From assembly GCA_965287045.1 (NCBI GenBank), contig OZ336885.1, forward strand, positions 17,236,001 to 17,300,000: a DNA stretch of 64,000 bases, given 5' to 3'. The position numbers were made by a program, and so were the translations under genes. Below, one piece after another: positions 12,892 through 25,499 of the stretch. The notes under the pieces are model-generated. The model had not been told where the DNA came from. It did not search any database and saw only the letters and a list, made by a program, of their open reading frames with translations. Position 1 is the first letter of the stretch. The number at the start of each line of letters is the position of its first letter. The DNA comes from Carcharhinus amblyrhynchos (Eukaryota).

Positions 12892-13915
12892 CATAAAAAC
12901 ATAAGAAATAGGAGCAGGAGTAGGCCATCTAGCCCTTCGGGCCTGCCCCGCCATTCAGTAAGATCATGGCTGATCTGTCGTGGCTCAGTTCCACATTCCC
13001 GCCCTCTCCCCATAACCCTTAATCCCCTCGCTTATCAAAAACCCATCAACCCGCGTCTTAAAAATATTTAGCGAGGCAGCCTCCACCACCTCAACAGGCA
13101 GAGAATTCCAGAGATTCACCACCCTTTGAGTGAAGAAGTTCCTCCTCAACTCCGTTCTAAACCGCCCCCCTTTTATCTTGAGGCTGTGCCCCCTAGTCCT
13201 ACTGTCCTTTCTGAGCGGGAAGAGTCTCTCCACCTCTATCCTATCCATCCCATTCATCATCTTATACGTCTCAATGAGATCTCCCCTCATTCTTCTAAAC
13301 TCTAACGAGTACAAGCCTAGTTTATTCAGCCTCTCCTCACAGCTCAACCCCCTCAACTCCGGCATCAGCCTAGTAAACCTCCTCTGCACTCCCTCCAAGG
13401 CCAAAATATCCTTGCGTAAGTACGGCGACCAAAACTGCACACAGTACTCCAGCTGCAGCCTCACCAATGCCCTATACAGCCGCAGCAAGACCTCCTTACT
13501 TTTATATTCAATCCCCCTCGCTATGAAGGCCAGCATCCCATTCGCCTTCCTGACCACCTGCTGCACCTGCAGGCTGGGTTTTTGCAACTCATGCACAAGG
13601 ACCCCGAGGTCCCTCTGCACCGTCGCCTGCTGCAGTTTTTCGCCACATAAGTAATAGTCCTTCCTACCATTATTCCTACCAAAGTGGACCACCTCGCACT
13701 TGCCAACATTAAATTCCATTTGCCAGTTCCTGGCCCGTTCGCCCAGCCTATCTAGATCCTTCTGCAGACTCTCCACACCCTCCGCGCAATTTGCCGTTCC
13801 ACCAATCTTGGTGTCATCAGCAAATTTCGACACCATACACTCGGTTCCCTCCTCCAGATCATCTATATAAATGGTAAATAGCTGAGGTCCCAGCACCGAC
13901 CCCTGGGGCACTCCG
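12892..13915 (-). mobile_element. Young CR1 LINE, 5'-truncated (~1 kb)
   Basis: Uninterrupted RT C-terminal half with CpGs retained; cataag tail. Confidence 0.95.
12985..13914 (-). CDS. CR1 ORF2 reverse transcriptase, C-terminal ~310 aa (fragment, no native start)
   Basis: GVPQGSVLGPQLFTIYIDDL, KFADDTK and WQMEFNVGKC motifs within ORF 12985-14103. Confidence 0.9.
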   Translation of the reverse strand, partial: GVPQGSVLGPQLFTIYIDDLEEGTECMVSKFADDTKIGGTANCAEGVESLQKDLDRLGERARNWQMEFNVGKCEVVHFGRNNGRKDYYLCGEKLQQATVQRDLGVLVHELQKPSLQVQQVVRKANGMLAFIARGIEYKSKEVLLRLYRALVRLQLEYCVQFWSPYLRKDILALEGVQRRFTRLMPELRGLSCEERLNKLGLYSLEFRRMRGDLIETYKMMNGMDRIEVERLFPLRKDSRTRGHSLKIKGGRFRTELRRNFFTQRVVNLWNSLPVEVVEAASLNIFKTRVDGFLISEGIKGYGERAGMWN

Positions 13916-14607
13916 TGGGTGAGGCAGGAAAGGGGAGACAGAGAGCAGGAGCACAGGAGTCTTAGTCTCTGTAATTGTCCAATAGATTCTCTCAGTTTAT
14001 TTGAATGTGAGTGGGGGATGCAGGGCGGATGAGCTGACTGACTATGGCACTGTGACACAGGAAGACATTCAAGTGGGCAGAGCAAAAAGGAATACAGTAG
14101 CATTGGGGGGCAGTTTGATGAGGGTGTTTGACACCATTCTCTGCCGCAAAGAACACGAGATCAGGTGGCTGTGTTATCTGCCAGTGCCAGGGTTCAGGAT
14201 TTCTGCTCAGGGTTGGACAGGAGATTCCGCTGGGAGGGGAAGAGTCCACTTGTCATGGTCCATGTAGGTTCCAACAACATAGGTCAAACTGGGAAAGAGG
14301 TTCCACATAGAGACATAATCTACATGGCGAGAATTTTATCCTTTCCCCCAGTGAGTTCTGAGATGGGGTGGGGGGCCATGAAATTGCATAAATGGGATTC
14401 CAACCAGGCTTCTGTCTGTCCTGATCTGGCGGATGGATGACAGCTCATGCGAGGATACCAGGAAATGAAGGGAGTCAGATCTCGAGTCAGGGGAGGGTGA
14501 CCTGCCCTACCCTTCGTGCTCAGTCCCTGACACTTACATTTTTCTCCAGTTCCAGGGATGGCTTTGTGAAGCATCTCCTCCAGCCACTGCAGCTTTGTTC
14601 CTGGAGA

Positions 14608-14712
14608 AAACAAAAACAGAAAATGCTGGAAAATCTCAACAGGCCTGGCAGCACCCTGGAGAGAGAATAGAGCTAATGTTCCCAGTCTGGATGACTTTCC
14701 GTCAGAGCCTCA
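14608..14712 (-). mobile_element. Penelope-like 3' end (second family) with decayed hammerhead
   Basis: Homologous to 37645-37737; minus strand reads ctgacggaaagtcatccagactgggaacatt. Confidence 0.55.
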
Positions 14713-15495
14713 GCTCTATTGATGGTAATTATATATAAAAATAAGTATGTTATTCTCCGGTTACACAAAGCATTGGTGAGATCGCATACAATATACAGTT
14801 TTTGTCCCCTCATTTAAGGAAATATGTAAATACATTGGAGGTGGTTCAGAGGAGGTTTAATCCTCTGATATTATTGGTTGTCATATAAGAATAGGTTTTA
14901 CAGGCTGAACTTGTTTGGAAGAGTGAGGGGTGGCTTGATGAGCTATGGAAGTTCCTGAATGGTCTTGTCAAGGTGAATGTTGGAAGGGTGTATCCTCTTG
15001 TGGGTGTTTTAAAATTAGGAGGATGGAGATGAGGAGAAATTATTTCTTTCAGAGGCTTGTGTGACTTTGGAACTGTCTGTCTCAGAAGATGGGGGAAGTG
15101 GGGTCATTCATTTTTTTTTGAGGCAGAGATGGATAGATTTTTGTTAGGCAAAGGAATCAAAGGCTATCAGAAGTAAATGGGAATGTAGAACTTGATACTA
15201 AACAAGTCAGCCATGATCCCCTTAAATGGCTGAGAAGGTTCCAAGGGCCAAATGGCCTCTTCCCTGTTTCTATTTCATATGTTCATAATCAATTGGTTAT
15301 GAAGCAGACCAATATGCATACCTGCCCCAAAAATTGATCACCAAAATTTAACTTTTTGGAAATTGTTAGTGCTAATTGTGGCTCCCCTTGTGACCGTTCT
15401 ACTTCTTAAATGGGGGTGGATGGTCCCCAAATTATCCCCACAATTTCCCTTAGTTAGTGCTCCGAACGCAACCAGAGAGAAACAACTACTCCCAT

Positions 15496-15622
15496 GGGCG
15501 AGATTTTCTAGCCACATTCACCCTGAAACTGGAAAATCCCACCCAAGGTCAACAGACCTTTCCATGATACGCCTCTTGCCTGCTCCGATTCCCGTGTGAA
15601 GGTGGAACGGGAAAATTCACCC
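15496..15622. mobile_element. ~125 bp MITE
   Basis: gggcgagattttc ... gaaaattcaccc. Confidence 0.8.
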
Positions 15623-16079
15623 CTGTGAGTGAGAAAAGCACACCAGTGAGAAGTGGATTCACCTTTGCTGAAATCACTGTAGTTTTTCTAGAGCTTTTCA
15701 GGGTAATGTTCTAAGGCTCATTACATGGTTCCCCTACCATTTAAAGTGAGAAACTGGATTTTTAGTGGTAGTTCCTCTCTTTCTGTGTTATGATTGAAAA
15801 TTCCTGGCTCCAGTAGATCATTGCCCATGCTGGCTTGTAAGGCCTTATTCCAATTTCTCTGCTTTCAGTGTCCCAGAAGACTCCCACTGAGGGCTATTGA
15901 GGAATTATGCTGGAGACCTACAACCAACTGAAATGAGAAGCATGACATTTTGCAGTAGTACTGAAAGTAATTGTAGCTTTGAATGTCTCCGAATCTTTCC
16001 CAAGAATCCACTGGTGACCTTTGCCCCCTTCATCAGGCAGCATTTCACTATTGTACTCACACTTGCTTTTCCTACACTT

Positions 16080-16432
16080 CTTTTATTCATTTGTGGGACA
16101 CTTGTGTTGCTGACTGGCCAGATCCATTGCCTATTCCTAGTTGCCCTTGGAGGTTAGTTTCAGAGTCAACCACATTAATGTGGCTCTGGAGTCACATGTA
16201 GGCCAGACCAGGTGAGAATGGCAGATTTCCTTGCCCAAAGGACATTAGTGAACCAAATAAGTTTTTCCAACAGTCGACAATGGTTTCATGGTCATTAGTC
16301 GATTCTTAATTCCTGATTTTTTTTTATTGAATTGAAATTCCACCACCTGCCTTGGTGGGATTCGAACCCAGGTCCTCAGAACATTAGCTGAGTTTCTGGA
16401 TTAATAGCCTAGTGGTAATATCACCAGCCTTC
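16080..16432 (-). mobile_element. tRNA-SINE family C
   Basis: Reverse match to 253-610. Confidence 0.85.
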
Positions 16433-17836
16433 CTTGCTGTCTATGTGGTACCAGTGGCAGCTCCCTCATCATGGCAAAATTTATACAACATGCAGAAGAT
16501 GTGTACAAATCTGTACAAACAGCCAGGACTGGGCTGAGTCCAAACTTTTCAGAAGGCCACAGAAGGGTTGCTCAAGGGGGATGGCTGTCAGCTTGACAAA
16601 GTCTCAGGTGATGGAATGACCCTTAGTGTCGGTCAGCTGTGCAGCTATGCTCCGATCGTGTCCCATAGTTTAAAATGATAGCCCTTGTCACTCTGCAGCC
16701 AGCCCGTGACCTGAATGGAATAAAGAGGATACGGAACAATGGTGCAGGATGAATGAATCATTAATGAATTAAAGCTACCAGTGGGCCCCAACCACAATCC
16801 CTTTGTCCCCTCCTGTTTCTGTTGAAGCAGCAATTACCAATACAATTCCTTCTATTCTGTTTAATTTTGGTCTCAATGTGTGAGGTTAACTCTCGTGCAG
16901 GCTTAAGTTTTTCAGAATTATGCCCATCCCAGAGCAAATCTGCAAAGCTCTGCCCCTTTGCAATGTAGAATTCCATCAGTACCCACCGCTAATCATTATT
17001 TGGGATCATTAGTCACCACCCATAATTGAGAGTTTCTGTACTTTCACACATTAAAATCACGTTTTGTATGTGGGCAACAAATTAACTGACTTGAGTGACA
17101 TGTTCTCAGTTGAATCCGTTTAAATACTAGGTTTTGAATTCACCGTGAACTCAGTGGTCAGAAACCCGAGTCTTTAAAAGTGGCAGTATCACTTTCTCGG
17201 GAAAGCTCATTTTGCAGACTTCCACTCGAGGCGTAAGTCATCTCAAACAGGGCTGCATGGATAATTTACTCATTAGAACACTTTTAAGCTGTTGCGCCAG
17301 GAACACCTGGAAACATAAGACATTTAGCATAGGATGTCATGAGCCAAGTTTCCCAACGGCTTCACCCCAACACTTACACTTAAGAAAATGATAGGTTTTC
17401 AATTTAATCACGGTATCATTTTTACCACTTTGGAATTACCCCATTGATGCGAGAGTTGGTTTATATCAAAGTGAAAAAAAAGGCACTGGTGATTTATTTT
17501 GCAGGTTGATTCCTTGTTCTTGGTGGCATCGTACTTTAGTGCCCCACGCTACTGAGTTCCAAATCTCAGTTACAAGAATAATCTTTGTTTTATGGGGAAG
17601 TAAATCGGGACAACGGCTGCTGTTGTGTAGTCCCTATCAGGAAGCAAGGAGTGACTATGATAGCAGTCTGGCTTCAGTTGGCACAAGATCCACATTAACC
17701 AGAAAAACATCGGGTATTTATTTAGAAATATTTGTTTTTAAATGAACAGTTCGTAATGAATTACAAAGTATCTTAATGTCAAACTGTAGCCATTGTAAAG
17801 ATTTCACTGGATTTGTAGAACTGTATAATTTGTACA

Positions 17837-18368
17837 AGGAAATTTGGCTTGTCAGCTATGACTCTCAACAACTTTTACAGATGCACCATAGAAAGCATTC
17901 TTTCTGGTTGTATCACAGCTTGGTGTGGCTCCTGCTCTGCCCAAGATCACAAGAAACTACAAAGGGTCATGAATGAAGCCCAATCCATCATGCAAACCAG
18001 CCACCCATCAATTGACACTGTCTGCACTTCCTGCTGCCTCGGAAAAGCAGCAGGACCCCATGCACCCCAGACATACTCTCTTCAACCTTCTTCCATCTAA
18101 AGAAAGATACAAAAATCTGAGGTCATGTATCAACCGACTCAAGAACAGCTTCTTCCCTGCTGCCATCAGACATTTGAATGGACCTACCTCGCACTAAGTT
18201 GAGCCTTCTCTACACCCTAACTATGACTGTAACACTACATTCTACACTCTCTTCTTTCCTTCTCTATGAACGGTGTGCTTTTTCTGCATAGTGCGCAAGA
18301 AACAATACTATTCACTGTATACTAATACATGATACAATAATAAATCAAATCAAATCAAAATCAAATCT
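17837..18368 (+). mobile_element. Rex1/Babar LINE 3' fragment
   Basis: NFYRCTIESILSGCITAWCGSCSAQDHKKLQRV; RLKNSFFPAAIRHLN; (aaatc)n tail. Confidence 0.9.
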
Positions 18369-19209
18369 AAATACTGCTGATGTCTCTGAAATATGGCAAC
18401 TGAATTCATAAGAGTTATATTCCTCAGCCCACCATTCTTTGAAATGTAAGAGTAATCTTTTTATATTTATTCAAATTATTTCAGAACATAGCATTCTTTT
18501 AATCGTCACTATGGAAATTTCATTATGGAAAGAAAGACAATTCATCTTAAGGGCATCTGGATTATTAATGGAGAATGCTCAGTTCCCAGGCACACTGTCA
18601 GACTTCTCTACAAGATTTATGAGAATTTCCAGCGTAATAAAGATGCTACGTAAGAATTAAATAAGCTGCTTCAAAAAGTTAGTCATGGTCTTCAATCAGA
18701 ACATTTCACTGAGCTGAGGACGCCATCAAAGATTCAAAGAGCTGCAGGGCAGGAAGGTTTTTCTCCTGTGATCTATGTGCCTTGGAGCCTAGTGGATCCA
18801 ACTGAAGAGCAACAGCCAAGAGCTCTAATGACATTGACCAGAAGCACAGATAGTCCTGTTCCCAGATCCCAGTGCAAGGCCCTGCCAGGGGCTGGAGACA
18901 TGTCTGTTCCGGGTCAGGAAATTTGGAAGCCGCAACCCTGCAGCTGACACAGCACATCTCCTGCTCCCTGTGTGTTGTGCTTCCATGAGAAGGAATCATT
19001 CTCAAATCTAACCCTGGATCCCCACTTTCTTAACACTGAATGACTGAGTAGATTAGACTCAGGGAAGTGTTCCTAAAAGGATTGGATCAAGTCTGTCGTT
19101 CCTTTCTGTCCATTAAAGGAAGACTAATCAGATGTAGCTTCCTTCCTCAGATCTCGTGCTACTTCTGCTAAAATGTTGATGCGGGATTATACAGTGGATG
19201 TTGGGGCTT

Positions 19210-19460
19210 AAAACAAAACAGTAAATGCTGGAAATATTCAACAAGTCAGACAGCATCCCCGAACAGAGAAACACAGAATTAAGGGGTGGGATTTAACCAG
19301 CACATCTGCCCAATGTTCTTACAATCCAACCTGATGCCAATGGAGAATGTCCTTCTCCGAGTGTGCCGGTAAAATTCCGGTCAATGTTTCAGGTGAGCAA
19401 TCTTTTGTCAGGGTCACAGATGCTGCCTGACCGCTGAGTATTTGCAACATTTTCCCTTTT
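19210..19460. mobile_element. Decayed inverted Penelope-like end with a MITE (19283-19382) inserted
   Basis: aaatgctggaaatattcaac..cagcatc versus gatgctgcctgac..gagtatttgcaacattt inverted arms. Confidence 0.5.
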
Positions 19461-20382
19461 CGCATCTCTTACAAAAAAAGGCTACTTTGTTATAATTTTA
19501 GTCAGATGTTTCCGTTTTCCACCATTACGTGAGATGATGGGCGTTTTGATGATAATACCACAAGGAGATTTTGTGCCAATGATAATATAGGCCTATGTTT
19601 TCTGATGGCAGAGTCTGACTTCCTACATTCAAAATCAGCCGGGAACATATTCCCGTCGACTCCTTCTGCCCACTGCCAATCTAAGCTCCAATGAGCATTG
19701 ACAGGCTGCAGGTGTGACTGGTGTCCCCTCAGTCAAGAGGAAGTTCCGCCTTACAGAGATTGGCCAGCAGTTTTCTAGCCCCTGCAGCAACAGTGTTACA
19801 ATGGACAAAAGAGGAAGTTCAAGGAGACATGGGAGACTAAGTCCAAGAACGAGGGGCCCAGGTAAGTTCAAGGGTCTCAGGACGGGTAGGGTAGGGAAAA
19901 CCTAGGAGCAGGGGGGAAATGGGGGAGTTCAAATGAGGGGGGGAGGGTGCTGGAACAGAGGGAGGTCCTTAGGTCAGTGAACTTTAAGGGCCAGAGGGCT
20001 GGAATGTGTTTCTGATTTCAGAAGGGGACATCTGCTGGAGGCCTCGCCCTCCATTTCCCACCAGAGATTTAACTCTGTCATGTTTTGGGCTTCCCCCACA
20101 GAGGTGCAACCTTCCCACTAGCCTAAAAATTAAGGCTTGTCAATGAAAGGGCCTCAAATGGCCGTTAAGTGACCACTGAAGGGCCTGAATAAGGGAAAGC
20201 GCAGATTTCCCATCCAAGCCCTTGCCCATCCCAGTGTAAAACTGCTGTGTTTTCAGGGAGGCTAGGAACCCAGAAGGAATCCCCAATCCCTTCAATCTCA
20301 GCCATGGTCTTGCCTCCAGTTTCAATTGACTATGTCAATGAAAAACGAAATTAATCCAATTGTCTGTTCCTCCAGACATCTT

Positions 20383-20507
20383 GGGGTGAACTTTCCCATT
20401 CCGCCATCATGGGAATCGTAGTGGATGAAGGGCGGACCATGGAAAGGTCCATTGACCTTGGGTGGGTTTTTCTGGTTTCATGCTAAGCGCAGCTGGAAAT
20501 CCTACCT
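20383..20507. mobile_element. ~125 bp MITE
   Basis: gggtgaactttcc ... ggaaatcctacc; shared body. Confidence 0.75.
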
Positions 20508-21073
20508 TTTATATTTTTTAGCAAAAAACGATGACTACAGTGACTACGTTGTACTGGTGCCTGGAGTTTTCCCCAATATAACTGGTAGGGTTCCCTTTAT
20601 CTTAGCAACCTCTGTTAGAAAGAAATCTGTATTAACAAACACTGATCTGAAGCTGAATTACAGGCTCAAAATCCAATGTTGAGGAACATCTGTGAAAAAT
20701 TCTATCTGTTGATATAATTTGACTTTCATAACTCATTTGATGTGATGTCTCACCAAGGCTTGCTGCAAGTATTCAATCATTATATCATTATAAGGACACA
20801 GTTGAAGCCCTTAGTCCATCCAGTGAATACAACACTGTGCAAAACTTTTTTTAAAGATGCAAAACTCCAATCTTCAAGGTAACCATGTCCACCAATTCCT
20901 GTTGCTATTGCAACAGTTTACCTCCTCCAAATCATTCCATATTATTCCTCACACATATTGAATTTAATTCCTGGCACTTTGGCACCTCAATGTTACAAGC
21001 CATAATTTAAACGATCTCTGTAGATAATTGGCAGGTGGATCCCATGGAAGTGTAAAAGAAAAACACAAATTAG

Positions 21074-21320
21074 TTTTAAAGTTTATTAATTTGTCACAAG
21101 TAGGCTTACATTAACATTGCAATGAAGTTACTGTGAAAACCCCCTAGTCACCACATTTTGGCTCCTGTTTGGGTACACTGAAGGAGAAATTAGCATAGCC
21201 AATGCACCTAACCGCAGAGGAAACTGGAGCACTCGGGAAACCCACGCAGATACAGGGAGAATGTGCTGACTCCGCACAGACAGTGACCCCAGGCCGGGAA
21301 TCGAAATTAGGTCGCTGATG
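21074..21320 (-). mobile_element. HE1-type SINE, type B
   Basis: Reverse tail B and V-domain. Confidence 0.8.
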
Positions 21321-21466
21321 TTAAGGAACTGAGACCTGGAATGAATGACCCCCACCCCAGAATGCAACATCCAAGATGCAGGAATGTTGAACGAATGCCC
21401 AGAAATGTCAAAATAATTTTGAAATTTGGAGTTGATAAATAATCTATGGCACGGAAACAACATCAG

Positions 21467-21524
21467 AGAGATGGTCACAGTTGAAGAGATGGTCACAGTT
21501 GAAGAGATGGTCACAGTTGAAGAG
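21467..21524. repeat. Tandem repeat, 18 bp x3 (AGAGATGGTCACAGTTGA)
   Basis: Three perfect copies plus agag. Confidence 0.95.
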
Positions 21525-21842
21525 TTGGCCCCAGCAAAGACCCGGGGCAACGAATGGCTTTGTTCTGATCTACTCCTTTGTACTCCTTTGCAGGACTCCA
21601 TAATTCCAATTATGAGCCTGGAGCTTTTTGCTTGCATGTCTCGTAAAAATTTGCAGCTACAAATTACATTTCTTTAGCAGGGGCTCAGAAGCAAATATAA
21701 AACACTGAGGCATTGTTCAACATCAGAAAAGTAGTAAATCAGTTTAAGCGTTGTTATTGGTTGCAGCTTGTTTGGCCATAGTACAACTAACAGGAAGGAG
21801 TGATTAGACAAACATGTATTTAAAGACCAAAATTTGAGATAT

Positions 21843-23609
21843 GGGCTGGGATTTTCCTGAGTCCTTCACCATGGTTAGAGTATTGCTCTGGGGGTGTTGG
21901 AATGATGTTGGAAAAGGCGTGTAAGGTTGGGGTTGGGGGGGGGTGGTGGGTGGAGTTGGTGGTGGATGGTGGGGAAGGGGGAATGGGGGAGCAACATGGC
22001 CTGAGTTTATAAATCGATTCCCTGCTGGTGTGAAATTATGATGGGGACACCCATTCTGCCTATCTTGGTGTGTTGCTATTCATGCCAGAAGCTGTTGTAA
22101 AGCCATTTTGCACCCCATTCGTGGATTGCAGATAAAAGACTGACCAGAATTGTCCCCCACTCCCCCTCCATTCAATTATCCAAGCCACCAGTGGGAGGTC
22201 AGGACATAATATAGGACATAACCAGACCATCACGGAGTTCATATGTCAGGATTCACCTGAAGAAGGCCTGGGGCAGGTCATGGACAGTGAAAGATGGAGG
22301 TCTCCAGTGACCGTGAGCCCACAGAGACCATGTGACACATTGGGTGGGTAGAACACCAGCACATGGATCACAGTGCTGCTGGAGATCCTGGAACGTGGAT
22401 TTTCACGCCACAGAAGCTTCTGGAACATGGATCCTCAAGCTGTGGGAGATTCCAGGATGTGGTCTTCACACTGCAGGACATTCCAGGATCTTTGTTCTGC
22501 AGATGGTTGGCTGCCTGGGGTACGGGTGGACAGCAATGATCTGTGCTGGTGGTGTAGTTGGAGGGGAGGGGTTGGGATTAAATGGGGAGCTGTGGAATAA
22601 AGCGGTGGAGCAGGCGTGGATGTTAGGGGGTGCTTTTGAGGTTAGGGGTGGTAGGGGATCTGGAGAGATGCTGCGGGAGTCATGGAGTGGGTGATATGGA
22701 GTGGGCCATGTTGCAGTACAAGTGGGGAGTGTGCTGGTGTGGATAGGCGTGGGGTGGGAAGAGGGAAAAGGGATTCAGAGGGAAGAGTCCTTGTCAATTT
22801 ACGAATCCTGTGGGGAATTCTGAGAGAATTTTTGATCGGAAGGGAAGGTGAGGTTTAAAGGGGCCTGAGGGCAGGAAGGAAAGGATCATGCGATAATGGG
22901 TGAAGGGTGCTGAGGTTGTTGTTGGGGGCGTAAAAGTAAAGCTGGGTTCTGGAGGTAATCAGGATGAGAGTGGAGGGGCATTTCTGTTGCCATGGGTGTG
23001 AGCTCCTTGGGAAAGTAGACGTGCGAAGGAGGGTGATGGGTGAGGATTGCAGGGCGACTGTGAGGAGATCAAAGGTCACAAGAGGTCAATCTTTTCTGGA
23101 AGTGGGGGGCAGTATGGGTCGCACCGGGTGGTTGGGAGATATTGGGTTTTACCTGAAATGTCACATGCATTATGACCACTTGCAACTATCTGGAACTTTG
23201 AGGTGGAGTTCTGAGATGCTGCACAGTGATTGGGTAAAGCTGAAGAGGAACCTCAGCATTTAGTACTGACAATGTTAAAACATTTCATCAGATGAGTATG
23301 TGGAGTGCAAAGCCTCAATGTGTGCAGGAGACTTCTTGCACATTGCTCTGGCAAACAAGGGAGCTGCCAAAGATCCTTATCTCCTCACGCACAAATGATC
23401 CCAACAGACACACATCTGGCCTGGCTTGATGCACTGGATATGGGGGAGCGAGGGTGGTGAGCAGATGGCTGGTATGATGGAAGATAGTGTTGGGGAAGTG
23501 CATGGGCTTAAGGACCAGTAATCACAACACCACATCAGACCTCATTAAAGTCCAAGCAACATCCCCCGTTCCCGCCCCGATTGAGGCCTAGAATGGAAAA
23601 TCCAAGCCG
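21843..23609. mobile_element. Putative decayed DNA transposon with MITE-like TIRs (PIF/Harbinger-group?)
   Basis: gggctgggattttcc at 21843 and ggaaaatccaagccg at 23596; G-rich interior; weak frameshifted FHAT.SF..AVGD similarity at ~22400-22450. Confidence 0.4.
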
Positions 23610-24599
23610 TGTAGTTGCAAGCAAGGTTGACGCATAATTGTTGACCAGGCTATTTAACTCATTGCCACCAGAAATGCAGAGATCACCCAGTTTTCCCAAT
23701 ATTTCCCTCCGAGACAGAACACATCCTGGATTAGCAGGGGAATTGTTTATGTCTCAGCTCAGCTCACAATACGAAGACTACACAATGTCATGAACTTTGC
23801 GTAAATAAAGTGTCAATTCACTGACTGAGCTGAGGGAATAGCAATTCACATTCACTGCCAACAGTGACAGTTAATTCTTCCCAACTACAGCACTGTACTT
23901 TCTCAAGAAATATTACCCTTGGGTCCTGGCTTCTGCAAGAAAACAGATAAAAATGTGCAATCGCTAAGCAATTGGGAGTGTCCAACTAATTGTTCATTCA
24001 GGAATTTAAAACAAAACAGAAAGCAGTTCAAAATATGTTGGTCTCAATGGGATTTTTGGCAGGGAATGAGTAACATGCTGTAGACTGAATATAAAAATCA
24101 TGGGATAACACTTTACACCTGGATCTTGATTTTGCACTTCACGTTTCTTGCAGTGAGAGATGGTTTGATGGGTTGTAATTCAATACACAATAGCACCATG
24201 GACTTGAAGATTAAACTTTGGTCTTATTGGTCTTGTATATCTGATGCTTCTGCCCTTCTCTGTTTCCAGTGTAGAGAAATGGGGTTAGATGTGTTCACAA
24301 TTAGGTGTGAGAATGATTCTCCTGACAGGGGTCAGTTCTAGGTTGCAGATGGAAAAGTATGTCATTGATATGAGTTGAAGATTGTATGGCATTTGAAGCT
24401 CATTCTTGGCATTTTGTTCACATCGGTTTTTCTTATGTCCTTTGCCTTTTCTCAAAGGCGATAGCTCCTTGCTGATAGATAATATTATGGAGAGCTAGCA
24501 CTTCATCAGCACCTCATTCAAATAGTCATTTTCATTTGAGACACTTGACATCGGATTTTGTGGTTTTGAAATTGGACCAAAGGGAGTTGGGAAGGCAGA

Positions 24600-24865
24600 G
24601 AAACTACAATGGGTTGTGAATGAAACCCAGACCATCACACAAACCAGCCTCCCACCCATCGACTCCATTTACACTTCCCACTTCGGAAAAGCAGCCAGTA
24701 CAACCAAGGACCCAACGTACCCCAGACATATTCTCTTCCACCTTCTTCCGTCGGGAAAAAGAAAAAAGAGTCTGAGGTCACGTAGCAACCAATTCGATAA
24801 CACCTTGTTCCCAGCTGCCGTCGGATATTTGAATGGACCAACTTTATTTTAAGCTAATCTTTTCC
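24600..24865 (+). mobile_element. Rex1/Babar LINE fragment
   Basis: TQTSLPPIDSIYT..LFHLLPSGKR..FPAAV. Confidence 0.8.
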
Positions 24866-25499
24866 CATTACTTTTATGTATTCACTTCAAATGTACTCCT
24901 GAGATAGCAGTTTACTTGTGGAGTTTTATGGATTATTTAATAGCTTCCAACTGTTATAATAGGCTGTTCATAAAGTGGATAGGAAATGAAGGGTTGAGGG
25001 AAAGTGAACAGGTGAGCGTATGGGGAGTGTTTAAATTGATCAAAAGGTTTAAATTTCTATAGATTGTGAGGCCTTCCCAATACAGCTCAACCTTCTCTAA
25101 CAACTCCATTGGAAAAAGGTACAAAGATCTTCCCAACTCATCAAGGGTGAGCAAGGAGTTGGCATTATCCAGTGTTGAGGAATCTGAAAGGGTGGCCATC
25201 CTTAATAGTGCTCAGGTATGTAGGAATCAGAGTAGCAGAAGATACATATAACTGCGTGTGCTAAGGTGGGAGGATGAGATCAGAAGTCTTGAGCCCATCT
25301 AAGGGTTAGAGATCCAAAGAATGTCAACATGGTTTGTGTGGGCGGGAGTGTGACTAAGGAAATGCTCTGGTAGACAGGTCATACTGATAGACCAATGATA
25401 GGACCCAGGTAATGATAGGAGAGAAGCTATAATGCTGCTGAGGGCAGGGGTGACCAACCTTCTCATCTTGAGCACATGCGTGATGACGCTCCTGGCCAC

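Larger units (their letters stand above)
12200..15287 (+). mobile_element. Old, internally deleted CR1 (ORF1 zinc finger/coiled coil, SGNH-esterase, ORF2 end) with nested insertions
   Basis: 12220-12380 VMCQGCSMWE..HVCS.CLQLKEL; 14085-14310 ALGGSLMR..ARVQD..VMVHVGSNNIG; 14735-15287 ORF2 C-terminus and tail. Confidence 0.7.

Noticed and set aside
13130-13654. 174-aa ORF and similar ones (10365, 6112, 30761)
   Set aside because: Antisense shadows of CR1 ORF2
13916-14103. N-terminal extension of the 372-aa RT ORF
   Set aside because: Read-through into the antisense strand of an older CR1 ORF1, not part of the young element
21467-21524. CRISPR-like array or coding repeat (EEMVTV x3)
   Set aside because: Contiguous 18-bp tandem copies without spacers in a eukaryotic context; simple slippage duplication
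21920-21990. G-quadruplex regulatory element
   Set aside because: The G-runs are real but lie inside a low-complexity, probably transposon-derived tract; no functional evidence
24270-24356. Exon with a strong acceptor and AA|GTATGT donor
   Set aside because: All frames read from the acceptor hit stops; no recognisable product
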